DNA of 20,642 nt from Bdellovibrionales bacterium RIFOXYD12_FULL_39_22 (GCA_001770205.1 MEQL01000050.1:62001-82642), one strand, 5' to 3'. Numbered from the stretch's first letter, positions 1 through 12,921 are shown. Program-made: numbers and translations. Notes: a model not told the origin generated them from the letters alone.

Positions 1-8
1 AGTTTCAT
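1..8 (-). CDS. 5' end of a gene running off the left edge of the window (MK...)
   Basis: The minus strand reads GAGGT-N7-ATG AAA CT directly after the stop of 24..653. Only the RBS and start are visible. Confidence 0.5.
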
Positions 9-23
9 ATTAAGTACCTCAGA

Positions 24-3441
<3,418 letters not shown>

Positions 3442-3714
3442 AAAAATCTCCTTGCTGCTGCTTCCGGTGTAGTTAACAATATGACAATCTATCTTCATAT
3501 TTTTGTTATTTTATTGCAAGGATATAAGTTTTGAGATGTCAGCGTTGGCCGACGAAAACTATCAGTGATCAAAGCGATAATAGTTTATAAAAAATCATCT
3601 AGAAGATATTTTTAATCAGCTCTTTTACTTTTTGTAAGATTGATTTATCATGAACAAACGGTTGTATCATTTCATAACAACATTTGATTCCAAGCAAAAA
3701 TGAGGGGTGCTTTC

Positions 3715-4821
3715 ATGAAAAAATCTTCGCTAAAATTATTGGTTGTGTTGTCGTTGTTTCTTTCGGCCTCAACTTATGCCGGACTATTTAAAATTAGCAA
3801 TCGGTCCTATGGAGATCTCGACGCGGATAATCCGGCCGAGGCCCTCTTTATTGAATTGATCGATACTGGTTTTGACACACTGGAAGCAGATATAAATAGC
3901 AAACTTCCAAACACGGAATCTTCCAAATATTTGGATGGAATGTCTAATGCCTCTTTGATGGCCGCCAAGGGGCTAGGGGTAGATTATTCCTCAGATATGG
4001 ATATTTTTGTTATTGGTGGGGGAGCTGGTGTTGGAGTTGATTTGGGTGATAACGGTTTTGGCGATGTGGTGAGCGGGAAAATAGATTTAACGCAAGCTGC
4101 CGGGGCCGGGATTATGGCCTCTCTTATGCTAGGGTTTAATCTTTCGGCAATTCCCGGGGTGACACTACCGAAAATTTGGTTTGTGGATTTAGAGAAGATT
4201 AATGTTTTTATTAACTACTTCGGTTATACGGTTAGTCAGAGTGGCATTACTGGCAAGGTCAACCATTTTGGATTGCATGCCCAGTATCAGTTAATTGAGG
4301 GTAAAAAATTTCTTCCCTTTAGAATGGCCCGTTGGGGTGGGGTGCGAGTTACCTCGGGATATGAATACGGTAGCATGAAATTGATCTATGCTAGAGATAT
4401 AGAGGAGTCTGTCCCCATTGATTTTGGAGGTGCAGGTTCTTCAGAGGTTACTTATGATGGTACTGTGCAGATCGGAGCGGAGGGGTCTATGCACTCTATT
4501 CCGATAGAGGTTACTACCGATTTTCAGTGGTTGTATCTGTTTACTACCTATGTTGGATTGGGGACGGATATTACTGTGGGTTCCGCAAAATCAATTGCAA
4601 ACACAACTGGAGATGTTAGCGTTCCTGTTCCAACGCATGATCCTGCCACGGCCGTAGCAAGCTTGGATGTTGGTGATGAGGGAGGGCCAAATCTTTTGAC
4701 CTTTAGAGGTTTTGTAGGCCAACAGTTTAATTTTTCTATCTTAAAAATCGGTTTGCAATTAGATCACTCTTTTGGAACAGGGGCATGGGGAGCTAATGTG
4801 ATGGCCAAAATTACTTGGTAA
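3715..4821 (+). CDS. Secreted or outer-membrane beta-barrel protein (resembles Lsa36-like surface proteins)
   Basis: Signal peptide MKKSSLKLLVVLSLFLSASTYA. ATG 3715 follows GAGGGG. Gly-rich beta strands and a C-terminal aromatic residue (AKITW). The family resemblance is from memory only. Confidence 0.6.
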   Translation: MKKSSLKLLVVLSLFLSASTYAGLFKISNRSYGDLDADNPAEALFIELIDTGFDTLEADINSKLPNTESSKYLDGMSNASLMAAKGLGVDYSSDMDIFVIGGGAGVGVDLGDNGFGDVVSGKIDLTQAAGAGIMASLMLGFNLSAIPGVTLPKIWFVDLEKINVFINYFGYTVSQSGITGKVNHFGLHAQYQLIEGKKFLPFRMARWGGVRVTSGYEYGSMKLIYARDIEESVPIDFGGAGSSEVTYDGTVQIGAEGSMHSIPIEVTTDFQWLYLFTTYVGLGTDITVGSAKSIANTTGDVSVPVPTHDPATAVASLDVGDEGGPNLLTFRGFVGQQFNFSILKIGLQLDHSFGTGAWGANVMAKITW

Positions 4822-4823
4822 TT

Positions 4824-5210
4824 ATGCCTCGCCTGTTGTTAGTAATTTTTATCATTTCTGCGCTTATCACTTGCTCTAAAAAGGCCATGGTCTATTCCGA
4901 AGTGGAACTTATGGCCATGGCCCAGAAGGAAGATCCGGGAATCAAGTTAATTTTACCTAAAACGATTAATGATGGGATTAATTGTAAAAATTATCCCCCA
5001 GGATGTTTAAGTGGAAAAACTGCGGAGCTAAAAAAAATTACCGTGGTGGTGGTACAATTTGATTCGGAAGAAAACGCTGCGAGAGCGGCAAAAATTATTA
5101 ATCAATATTACGCTAGAAACTGGGTATTTGATGATGTAACGGGGGAGCCGGTCTTAGAACATTTTGTAAAAAAAGTCTTTGATGCGAAAAACCCCAACAA
5201 TTCAAATTAA
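4824..5210 (+). CDS. Hypothetical lipoprotein
   Basis: MPRLLLVIFIISALITC lipobox-like signal. ATG 4824 lies 2 nt after the upstream stop. The stop overlaps the convergent dksA stop (TTAA 5207-5210). Confidence 0.7.
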   Translation: MPRLLLVIFIISALITCSKKAMVYSEVELMAMAQKEDPGIKLILPKTINDGINCKNYPPGCLSGKTAELKKITVVVVQFDSEENAARAAKIINQYYARNWVFDDVTGEPVLEHFVKKVFDAKNPNNSN

Positions 5211-5659
5211 AAATTTGGCCGCTGTGATCGGCAATTAAGATCTGAAATAGTTTGCCCTAATGACTTCGACTTGTTCTGGAAGAAATTATTTTTCTCAGAA
5301 AGTTCTGACTCCTCTTTGCAGTGGATACATAACTCTGCCGTTGGCCGGGCCATCAAGCGCTCGATACCAATTGGCCCATCGCAATCCTCACACAGTCCAT
5401 AGGTTCCGCGTTTAATGCGATCCAAGGATTTATTCAGCTTCTTGAGATAAAAAAGTTCACGATTTCTAAAACGCAGCTCTTTCGTCGCTTGTATGTTGAT
5501 GTTGGCCTCATCAAGCACATCGCTTAGCTCGTTTTTGTCTAGGCAATAGCTAGAGGTATCGTGATCTTTATTTTCAATAGACTCTCGTTCTGCTAATAGT
5601 ATTTCCTTTATTTTGTTCAACTGTGCCGGGGTCAAAAATCCATTTTTACTAATAGACAT
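5207..5659 (-). CDS. dksA: DksA/TraR family RNA polymerase-binding protein
   Basis: Coiled-coil tip DxxDxA (DVLDEA) and C4 zinc finger YGLCEDC...ERLMARPTAELCIHCK. AAGGAG RBS. Confidence 0.92.
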   Translation of the reverse strand: MSISKNGFLTPAQLNKIKEILLAERESIENKDHDTSSYCLDKNELSDVLDEANINIQATKELRFRNRELFYLKKLNKSLDRIKRGTYGLCEDCDGPIGIERLMARPTAELCIHCKEESELSEKNNFFQNKSKSLGQTISDLNCRSQRPNF

Positions 5660-5790
5660 TTTACACTCCTTTAAAAATCATTCATAAAGGCCAACAAAAA
5701 AATCTACTTCTTATGGGCCTAAGATACCTATGATGGCACCCGATAGTAAATAGTTTAAATCTAACAAAATACTTACAAAAGATAACATCA

Positions 5791-5814
5791 TTGTGGAAAA
5801 CTTTGTGGAAAACT
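5791..5814. promoter_or_regulatory. Tandem 12-bp direct repeat containing two DnaA-box-like 9-mers (TTTTCCACA on the minus strand)
   Basis: TTGTGGAAAACT occurs twice in tandem. Boxes at 5792-5800 and 5804-5812 are each one mismatch from TTATCCACA. Confidence 0.5.
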
Positions 5815-5935
5815 TTTTGCTTGGAGGCCTGTTTCCTTTCAATATTATAAATTTTTCCTCCCTAAAATGGACATGGCCCATATTAATTGATACAAGGCCC
5901 ACATATTTTTTTATCTCTATCATGCTTGGAGTATT

Positions 5936-6649
5936 GTGAACAAACTACGAATAAATGCTATCTACTTGGCCACCGAAGGGGAAGGCCTTTTGATTGGGAG
6001 AGTACAGATTTTTGTTCGTTTTCAGGGATGTCTTTTGGGGTGCAAAAATTGTGATTCAAAAGATACGTGGAATGTGTCAAACGGTTCCTTTATGAGTGAA
6101 GATGAAGTCATTGCCGCTATTGAGGCCAAATGGCCATCTCCCAATGTTCCCATTAAAACAGTCTCTATAACGGGCGGAGATCCCCTGAATTTACAAAATA
6201 TTGAGGCGGTAAGGTCTTTGGTAGTCCGATTGAAGGCAAGCGGATATACGCTCTCATTAGAGGCGGCAGGCGATGTTATTGATCAGGATATTTTTCAGCG
6301 ACTGGATTTTATCAATTTTGATTTTAAAACTCCATCTTCTGGTGTGCAAAGTGATCTAGAAAAAATCATTTTTATGCAGCAAAACTTTACTGGCAAGTTT
6401 CAAGTTAAATCAGTAGTGGAAGATAAAAATGATTTTGATTATATTTGGCAGAACTATCAAAAGTTTTTAGCTCGCCTTTTCAAGATTGATTTTATCTGGG
6501 TAATAACGCCGGCATATAATCTCAAAGAAAAATTTCCACTTACGCGATTTGTGGAGATTATTAACTGGAATCAAATTGCCGGAGGGCCATTTAGAGTCAT
6601 TGGCCAGCAACACAAGTGGATTTTTGGGCCAGATAAAAAATTGGTTTAG
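5936..6649 (+). CDS. queE: 7-carboxy-7-deazaguanine synthase (radical SAM)
   Basis: TEGEG...IFVRFQGCLLGCKNCDS (CxxxCxxC), SITGGDP, DFKTPSS and C-terminal QHKWIFG. GTG start after GGAG. Confidence 0.88.
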   Translation: MNKLRINAIYLATEGEGLLIGRVQIFVRFQGCLLGCKNCDSKDTWNVSNGSFMSEDEVIAAIEAKWPSPNVPIKTVSITGGDPLNLQNIEAVRSLVVRLKASGYTLSLEAAGDVIDQDIFQRLDFINFDFKTPSSGVQSDLEKIIFMQQNFTGKFQVKSVVEDKNDFDYIWQNYQKFLARLFKIDFIWVITPAYNLKEKFPLTRFVEIINWNQIAGGPFRVIGQQHKWIFGPDKKLV

Positions 6650-6676
6650 CGGAGTCCACAAGTGGCCTCCGCTAAA
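6645..6676. terminator. Strong hairpin between convergent genes (queE and the Cys-repeat lipoprotein)
   Basis: TTTAGCGGAG-t-CCAC-aa-GTGG-c-CTCCGCTAAA. No U-tract directly follows on either strand, so this is an atypical terminator or a stabilising stem. Confidence 0.5.
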
Positions 6677-6691
6677 AAGTAGACCTATTAA

Positions 6692-7960
6692 TTAATTTGA
6701 GCATCTAAGATTATTGTTGCAGTAGCTTGGATGGCCATATCTATCGCAATTCATTCTAGCTAGGGCCTCTGCTTCAATTTTTGTTTTTCCTTCACCTCGG
6801 TAAATTCTGGAGTCATAACCGTCCGTTATGGTGCAAACGTAGTTATTTTGCCAACGTTCTGTGGCAGTTTCACAGCGTGCATTTTTGCAATAACTAGGAT
6901 GTCCACCGGACTGACAAGTTCTTTTTGCAGAGAACTTTGCTTCGACTTCATTTATTCCTTGGCCAAAATAAGTTCTGTTATCATAGTCATCTTTTATGAT
7001 ACATCCGGTTGCTGTGTTGGGTGGAGGGCGCCGTCCATCAGAACAGGCCAGTTCTTGATTGCAGTAATTAGGATGTCCTGCACGTTGGCATGACTGAATC
7101 GTCAGGGCCTCAGACTCAAGCCTAAAAGGAGAATTAGCGCTATAGGTTAGCCAATCATAACCATCAGTAATTGAGCAAGTAAAGTTCACCTCTCCAGGTA
7201 ACATTTCCTCTTTTTTGTAAAGTTTGCAGTAGGTTGGATGGCCATTTTTTTGGCATTTTTCATTGGCCTTAAAATCTGCATCGATCTCATTATTGGCTTT
7301 ATCAAAATATTTCAGACTGGAATATCCATCTTCATAAATGGCCCCATAGGTTTTTATATTTATTGGCGGAAGTGGATGTGGGATATCCCATGGTCGGTCG
7401 TCATTAGTTAAAAGGGTTATCTGGGAAACAATTACTCTAATGGGATCATATTGGATATATAAGCGTTCAAGTTGATCTCCTATTTCGCGATTTATATCTG
7501 AGTAGAAGAAAACACGTTCGCCATATGTATTGAAAAGATAAAATCGCTCTATTGGGCGCCGCATATTTCCCTGAAGTATAATTTCCGATGGAGTATCATG
7601 CTCATACATGGGCAGTCTTTGGGGATTTGGTTTTTTTGGCAGTCGCTCTCCGCCCACACTATTAATGTATCTGGCCCTTGCCTCTATAATAATACCTTTT
7701 AAGTTTTTTCCATAAAGGCCACCAAATTTAGAAAATTCTTCAAAAACATCAATTAGTCCACTTCCGTTATTGACGATAAGTCGAGAGGTGTACTCACCAA
7801 TTTCAAATCTTGTTCGATCTCGACGGCCATCAAGTCGTTCTGCCGCAATATCTCTATTGGGATTTGTGATATCAGTATTACTCGTTGTTGTTGTTGGATT
7901 AGAGGAACAAGCGACAAGCAGTATAAATACCGACGTCATCCGTAATAAGAATCTAGTCAT
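6692..7960 (-). CDS. Lipoprotein with four C-terminal Cys-rich GHPxYC repeats (DUF4189-like)
   Basis: Lipobox LLVAC, AAGGAGGG RBS, and four repeats of about 56-58 aa. Confidence 0.8.
   Translation of the reverse strand: MTRFLLRMTSVFILLVACSSNPTTTTSNTDITNPNRDIAAERLDGRRDRTRFEIGEYTSRLIVNNGSGLIDVFEEFSKFGGLYGKNLKGIIIEARARYINSVGGERLPKKPNPQRLPMYEHDTPSEIILQGNMRRPIERFYLFNTYGERVFFYSDINREIGDQLERLYIQYDPIRVIVSQITLLTNDDRPWDIPHPLPPINIKTYGAIYEDGYSSLKYFDKANNEIDADFKANEKCQKNGHPTYCKLYKKEEMLPGEVNFTCSITDGYDWLTYSANSPFRLESEALTIQSCQRAGHPNYCNQELACSDGRRPPPNTATGCIIKDDYDNRTYFGQGINEVEAKFSAKRTCQSGGHPSYCKNARCETATERWQNNYVCTITDGYDSRIYRGEGKTKIEAEALARMNCDRYGHPSYCNNNLRCSN
6695..7351 (-). repeat. Four intragenic protein repeats (starts near 7351, 7183, 7009, 6841)
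   Basis: Consensus C-x-I-x-D-G-Y-D-x3-Y-...-E-A-x3-A-x3-C-x3-G-H-P-x-Y-C, with periods of 168, 174 and 168 nt. Confidence 0.85.
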
Positions 7961-8010
7961 ATAAACCCTCCTTGGTCTATTAGATTAAAAATAAATCAGC
8001 GATAAAAAAA

Positions 8011-8038
8011 ATTTTAACAGAAATAAGCTTTATTACAA
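8011..8038 (-). promoter_or_regulatory. Possible sigma-70 promoter of the Cys-repeat lipoprotein
   Basis: Minus strand TTGTAA-N16-TAAAAT with an extended TG. The context is AT-rich, so a chance match is possible. Confidence 0.3.
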
Positions 8039-8072
8039 GTTTAAAGATAAAAACAAAATGATGATAAAAGCT

Positions 8073-9233
8073 TTAATTGAGCAAAAACGTTTCGTTGTTA
8101 CTGGAGCTATTACCGTTTAACGCAGCATGAATACTGAGTTTTTCTCCGGCGGCCCGGCCATGCTTATTGGCCTCGGGACAAAATTTTGCGGTGGAGCGTG
8201 AAGAGCGTAGTCGTTCATAGACTCGCTCAAGATGTATCTGTAATGAGTCTTTTAATATTATAAGTTCATCTGCTTGGGATTTATTTGCGTTGGAGCTTTC
8301 TTGCTCGGCACGCTCCATTTTCTCAATGAAGCCTTTGGCGATTCCTAGCATGAAGGAGTTTTTTTGGGTTATCCCACTTAGTCGTCCTCGTGAAGATATG
8401 CGAGCATCATTCCACATTGCTTCTAATTCATGATCCAAAAAATTAGCAACATAATTTGCAATTTCTACGTTGGTCTTGTTACCAATAACCTCCATATAGA
8501 AAAAATTATGGCCATGGTTGTAAATAGTTTTAACCCAAAATTTAGAAAGGATCTGAGAGATGGCGTGATGCTTGCCACTTCTTTTATTAGCAATCAAGAC
8601 TCGTTTCATGTAGGAGGTTTCCAAGTTGTCCTCCGTTTGTTGGCGAATGGTGCTAAGGTTGTGTTCCAAAATAAGTTTGTTGGCCATGACCATCGCTAGT
8701 TCTGCTTCGTGTTTATTGCTGCTGGAGCTTAAGGCCAATAATTTTTTCACTTTCTCAATAACTCGTTCGGATGGCAGATCACCTTCTACTGAGCTATTGG
8801 CCAATTCCAAATTGACCGAGGCCGCCGATATCTCCTCGCCCCAGGAAAAGTGATCACATATAAACTTAAAGGACTTGCTATGGCCGATGCTATCGTATCG
8901 TTGCATTATAACAACACTTATGTAGTGGGCCAACTCATGGCGAAGAATGTTCTTTATGACTTCTGTTTTTGCCGTAAACATCAGCTTTTTATGTAATCCA
9001 ATTTGGTAAAGTGTTGGATCACAAAAACCTAGGGTGGTTAAATTTTCGTAGACCACAATATTTAAAGGGTAGGTTGATCCGTCGAGAGAAAGCACTCTGG
9101 TTTGGGATAAACAGAGATTGGTCTCATTGGCCAAAATTTCTCGTACGTAGGAGCGAATGCGACTGATGAAGCTGGCAGTCGTATTCGAATACAAAAAAAG
9201 ACAATTATTGAAATCTTGAGTTTCTGGGGCCAT
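8073..9233 (-). CDS. SprT-like zinc metalloprotease domain plus DUF2786 protein
   Basis: ILRHELAH (HExxH) followed by a third His in GHSKSF. A DUF2786-type segment VIEKVKKLLALSSSSNKHEAELAMVMANKLILEHNL follows. GAGGAG RBS. Confidence 0.8.
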   Translation of the reverse strand: MAPETQDFNNCLFLYSNTTASFISRIRSYVREILANETNLCLSQTRVLSLDGSTYPLNIVVYENLTTLGFCDPTLYQIGLHKKLMFTAKTEVIKNILRHELAHYISVVIMQRYDSIGHSKSFKFICDHFSWGEEISAASVNLELANSSVEGDLPSERVIEKVKKLLALSSSSNKHEAELAMVMANKLILEHNLSTIRQQTEDNLETSYMKRVLIANKRSGKHHAISQILSKFWVKTIYNHGHNFFYMEVIGNKTNVEIANYVANFLDHELEAMWNDARISSRGRLSGITQKNSFMLGIAKGFIEKMERAEQESSNANKSQADELIILKDSLQIHLERVYERLRSSRSTAKFCPEANKHGRAAGEKLSIHAALNGNSSSNNETFLLN

Positions 9234-9269
9234 ATTGCATGCTCCTCGGTAGTTTGCAAAAAAGTGGAT

Positions 9270-10043
9270 CTAATTATTAGCAGCAATAGTTGCAGTTAAA
9301 AATTCCCTATTCATTCTGGCGATATTGGTAATTTTAATTCCTTTCGGACAAGAAGCTTCGCACTCTGCTTCGTTGGTACAATTACCAAACCCTAATTCAT
9401 CCATTTTTTTGACCATATCTAATACTCGTTTTCTTGCTTCCACTTTTCCTTGAGGAAGTAGTGCTAGCTGAGAAATTTTGGCGGAGGTAAACAGCATGGC
9501 CGAAGCATTTGCACAACTGGCCACGCAGGCGCCACAACCAACGCAAGCGGCCGCATCCATTGCCAATTCAGCATTGTTGCGAGGGACGGGGGTAGCGTTG
9601 GCATCAGGAGCATTTCCTGCATTTAAGGAGACAAAGCCTCCGGCAATGATAATTTCATCTAGGGCCGATCGATCTACCATTAGATCTTTTAGCACTGGAA
9701 ATGCCTTGGCGCGAAATGGTTCGATCACAATAGTTTGGCCATCTCTAAACTTTCGAACATGAAGTTGGCAAGTAGTGGTTTCTTTTTCTGGCCCATGAGC
9801 TTCACCATTAATCATCAGCGAACACATCCCGCAAATTCCTTCGCGGCAGTCATGATCAAAGGCCACGGGATCTTCTCCATCTTTGATCAGTTTCTCATTG
9901 AGCATGTCAAGCATCTCTAAAAATGACATATCGGTTGATACCTCGGTTAGTAGATAGTCGACCATCTTGCCCTTAATGCCTTTGCGCTCTTGGCGATAAA
10001 TTTTTAAATTTAGCGAAATTTTTTTTCCTGAATTTCCACCCAT
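9270..10043 (-). CDS. sdhB: Succinate dehydrogenase/fumarate reductase iron-sulfur subunit
   Basis: [10 protein letters not shown]...TTTC [2Fe-2S], [11 protein letters not shown] [4Fe-4S] and [11 protein letters not shown] [3Fe-4S]. Confidence 0.96.
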   Translation of the reverse strand: MGGNSGKKISLNLKIYRQERKGIKGKMVDYLLTEVSTDMSFLEMLDMLNEKLIKDGEDPVAFDHDCREGICGMCSLMINGEAHGPEKETTTCQLHVRKFRDGQTIVIEPFRAKAFPVLKDLMVDRSALDEIIIAGGFVSLNAGNAPDANATPVPRNNAELAMDAAACVGCGACVASCANASAMLFTSAKISQLALLPQGKVEARKRVLDMVKKMDELGFGNCTNEAECEASCPKGIKITNIARMNREFLTATIAANN

Positions 10044-10071
10044 ATATTTACTCCATCAAAAATTATATAAA

Positions 10072-11994
10072 TTATTTATAACTTCTTTGTGCGATTTTCA
10101 CGTCTTCAAAAGTAAGCTCTTCTTTGTGACGAATCGGTGTTTTGTTATCTCCTTGATATTCCCAAGCAGCAACGTGAGAGAAATTGGCATCATCTCTTTT
10201 GGCCTCATTCTCTTCTGTTTGCGCCTCTTCACGAAAATGTCCGCCACAAGATTCTTTACGTTCAAGCGCATCCATGGCCATTAATTCGGCCATCTCCAAG
10301 AAATCGGCCACTCGTCCGGCCTTCTCTAATTCTACGTTGACGTTATTCGTTTCGCCGGGGATTTTTAAGTTGTTCCAAAATTCTTCTCGGATTTTTGGGA
10401 TCTCAGCTATTGCTTTTTTTAGGCCAGCTTCGTTGCGTCCCATGCCGACATATTCCCACATTACGCGGCCAAGTTGTTTGTGGATGTCTTCTGCTGATCT
10501 AGCGCCTTTGATCGTCATTAGTTTGTTGAAAAACTTTTGAGCTTTATCAAAGGCCTCGGTAAAGGCATTGTTGTCGGTATTAATTTTTTCAAACTTATTA
10601 GAAGCAAAATAATTTCCTAGAGTATAGGGGATGATAAAATAACCATCGGCCAATCCCTGCATAAGTGCCGAGGCCCCAAGGCGATTGGCCCCATGGTCAG
10701 AAAAATTTGCTTCTCCTAAGACAAAAAGGCCTTCTATTGTACTCATCAAATTATAATCAACCCATAATCCACCCATAGTGTAGTGAACTGCCGGATAGAT
10801 TCGCATCGGCCCACGGTAGGGATTTTCATCAGTGATACGTTCATACATATCAAAAAGGTTTCCATATTTTTCTTTGATTACGTTTTCACCATCGCGTTTT
10901 ATAGCATCTTTAAAATCCAAGTAGACAGAGAGTCCTGAAGCACCAGCGCCGCGGCCATCATCGCATACTTTTTTGGCATTTCGCGAGGCCACATCGCGAG
11001 GAACTAAATTTCCAAAGCTAGGGTAAATACGTTCTAGATAGTAATCTCGATCTTCTTCAGGAATATCGCTAGGCGCACGAGTGTCCCCTTTTTTCTTGGA
11101 AACCCAGATGCGTCCATCGTTTCTCAAAGACTCACTCATTAGAGTTAGTTTGGATTGATGGGTTCCAGAGATGGGAATACAGGTTGGATGAATTTGGGTA
11201 AAACATGGATTGGCAAAAAACGCCCCTTGCTTATAAGCACGATAAATGGCCGAGCCATTGGATGCCATTGCGTTGGTAGAAAGATAGTAGGCGTTACCAT
11301 AGCCACCGGTGGCCAAAATAACAGCGTCTGCTGAATATTTCTCTAATTCACCAGTCGTTAAGTTGCGTGCAATAATTCCGCGAGCGCGATTGTTTACTTT
11401 AACTAGCTCCACCATTTCTCGACGTGCCAAAATCTTAATTTTGCCACTTTTTACTTCTTTCATCATGGAGGAGTAGGCGCCGAGAAGTAGCTGCTGTCCA
11501 GTTTGTCCACGAGCATAAAAAGTTCGCGAAACTTGTGCGCCTCCAAAAGAACGGTTATCTAAATATCCACCATAGTCTCGAGCAAATGGAACTCCTTGGC
11601 CCACACATTGATCGATGATGTTGTTGGAAACTTGGGCCAGACGATAAACATTGGCCTCACGAGCTCGATAGTCGCCGCCTTTAACTGTGTCATAAAATAG
11701 TCTCCAGACGGAGTCTCCATCATTGGGGTAGTTTTTCGCGGCGTTAATTCCCCCTTGCGCCGCAATGGAGTGGGCGCGACGTGGAGAGTCTTGAATACAA
11801 AAGGCCAAAACGTTGTAGCCAAGTTCGGCCAAAGTGGAGGCCGCCGATGCTCCTGCTAGGCCTGTTCCTACAATGATTACGCGGTAATTTCTTTTATTGG
11901 CCGGATTAACTAGTTTGCTTTTAAAAATATGATTATCCCATTTTTTCTCAATGGGCCCTTCAGGAATTTTGGCATCTAATTTATTTGAACTCAT
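10072..11994 (-). CDS. sdhA: Succinate dehydrogenase/fumarate reductase flavoprotein subunit
   Basis: GTGLAG FAD-binding loop, [10 protein letters not shown] (covalent FAD His), [26 protein letters not shown] and ESCGGHFR. Confidence 0.97.
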   Translation of the reverse strand: MSSNKLDAKIPEGPIEKKWDNHIFKSKLVNPANKRNYRVIIVGTGLAGASAASTLAELGYNVLAFCIQDSPRRAHSIAAQGGINAAKNYPNDGDSVWRLFYDTVKGGDYRAREANVYRLAQVSNNIIDQCVGQGVPFARDYGGYLDNRSFGGAQVSRTFYARGQTGQQLLLGAYSSMMKEVKSGKIKILARREMVELVKVNNRARGIIARNLTTGELEKYSADAVILATGGYGNAYYLSTNAMASNGSAIYRAYKQGAFFANPCFTQIHPTCIPISGTHQSKLTLMSESLRNDGRIWVSKKKGDTRAPSDIPEEDRDYYLERIYPSFGNLVPRDVASRNAKKVCDDGRGAGASGLSVYLDFKDAIKRDGENVIKEKYGNLFDMYERITDENPYRGPMRIYPAVHYTMGGLWVDYNLMSTIEGLFVLGEANFSDHGANRLGASALMQGLADGYFIIPYTLGNYFASNKFEKINTDNNAFTEAFDKAQKFFNKLMTIKGARSAEDIHKQLGRVMWEYVGMGRNEAGLKKAIAEIPKIREEFWNNLKIPGETNNVNVELEKAGRVADFLEMAELMAMDALERKESCGGHFREEAQTEENEAKRDDANFSHVAAWEYQGDNKTPIRHKEELTFEDVKIAQRSYK

Positions 11995-11995
11995 C

Positions 11996-12673
11996 TTAAA
12001 ATCCTCCTTGCAATGATGCCCAGATGGCGTAAGAGCTAAAGCCTACGGCAACAAGCACAGCAAAAAACTTCGCTTTAATTTTTATGTATTTCATATATGG
12101 ATCAAAATTAAATCCAACTGATTGGCATAGTGACCAAACACCGTGACTTATATGGATGGCCAAAACAATCATCAGGCCCACGTAAAATATCACGTTAAGT
12201 TTGTTCTGGTAAAACTCCAGCATGAGTTTGTGTAAATCACGCATCTGGGTGCCATCAAATGTACCAATATAAACGGGGCCAAATTTGAAGTTGATTAGAT
12301 GAATAATTAAAAAAATCAAGATTGCCGATCCGGTGTAGATCATAGTGGAGGAGGCAAAAGTTGCGCCTCGTCCGGAACGTACTTTCATATAGTATTTTTC
12401 TGGGCGTGCCACATAGTTTTCGATTGTTAGTTTGATAGCGTTATACACGTGGGTTAAAAAAATGATTCCTAAAATGGCCTCAATTACATAGATGAAGGGA
12501 TTGCTCATTAGTTTGTGGCCATAGTTATTAAATATATCGGCCCCAATAAACATCAAGCTATTCCCAATTAAATGCCCAAGTATAAAGAGGCAGAGAATAA
12601 AACCGGTGATACTCATTAAAACTTTTTTGGTGATCGAGGTCTTCCAAAAAGATGAACAACAATCTTTGCTCAT
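11996..12673 (-). CDS. sdhC: Succinate dehydrogenase cytochrome b558 subunit (single di-heme, five-TM anchor)
   Basis: Five hydrophobic helices with His ligands (GHLIGN, THVYNA, IHLINF, IHISHG). Lies immediately upstream of sdhA, with no sdhD. Confidence 0.92.
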   Translation of the reverse strand: MSKDCCSSFWKTSITKKVLMSITGFILCLFILGHLIGNSLMFIGADIFNNYGHKLMSNPFIYVIEAILGIIFLTHVYNAIKLTIENYVARPEKYYMKVRSGRGATFASSTMIYTGSAILIFLIIHLINFKFGPVYIGTFDGTQMRDLHKLMLEFYQNKLNVIFYVGLMIVLAIHISHGVWSLCQSVGFNFDPYMKYIKIKAKFFAVLVAVGFSSYAIWASLQGGF

Positions 12674-12722
12674 AAGACTGAGACTCCTGACTAAAAGTTG
12701 ATAAAATTATTCGGAAGCGAGA

Positions 12723-12751
12723 AGGATAGCTTATTTGTTTGGGTTGGTTAA
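12723..12751 (-). promoter_or_regulatory. Possible sigma-70 promoter for sdhCAB
   Basis: Minus strand TTAACC-N17-TATCCT (4/6 and 4/6 match), about 50 nt upstream of the sdhC ATG. Confidence 0.3.
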
Positions 12752-12787
12752 GTAGTTTTTATTAGATTGGCATGAAAAATATTTTTT

Positions 12788-12835
12788 TGTCACATTTTTG
12801 ACTGTTTGTGCGGTGCGTTCGTCGACAATATGACA
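12788..12835. promoter_or_regulatory. Two imperfect palindromic activator-like sites (TGTCA-N6-TGACA type)
   Basis: TGTCA-catttt-TGACT (12788-12803) and CGTCG-acaata-TGACA (12820-12835), with centres 32 bp apart. Confidence 0.55.
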
Positions 12836-12858
12836 TGCCATCATTTTTTTTCTTGTGA

Positions 12859-12871
12859 TATCAGGATATTG
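12859..12871 (+). promoter_or_regulatory. IHF-binding consensus site
   Basis: TATCAGGATATTG matches WATCAR-N4-TTR exactly. A T8 tract lies upstream (12844-12851), and the site sits between the palindromes and the sigma-54 element. Confidence 0.55.
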
Positions 12872-12895
12872 TGCTTATTATTTTTTATGTATTGT

Positions 12896-12911
12896 TGGCA
12901 TATTGGTTGCA
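12896..12911 (+). promoter_or_regulatory. Sigma-54 (RpoN) -24/-12 promoter
   Basis: TGGCATATTGGTTGCA versus consensus TGGCACG-N4-TTGCW, with exact GG-N10-GC spacing. Predicted +1 is near 12922. Confidence 0.7.
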
Positions 12912-12921
12912 GACAATAGTG

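Noticed and set aside
5711..5923. 70-aa ORF in the dksA-queE gap
   Set aside because: No recognisable motif or RBS. It spans the divergent promoter region, and its KFSTKFST is just the 12-bp DNA repeat.
5860..5935. preQ1 riboswitch upstream of queE
   Set aside because: No preQ1-I-like stem with a GUUC-type loop and 3' A-rich tail is visible.
5660..5935. Replication origin (oriC)
   Set aside because: Only two DnaA-like boxes, no clear DnaA-trio run, and no dnaA, dnaN or gidA context.
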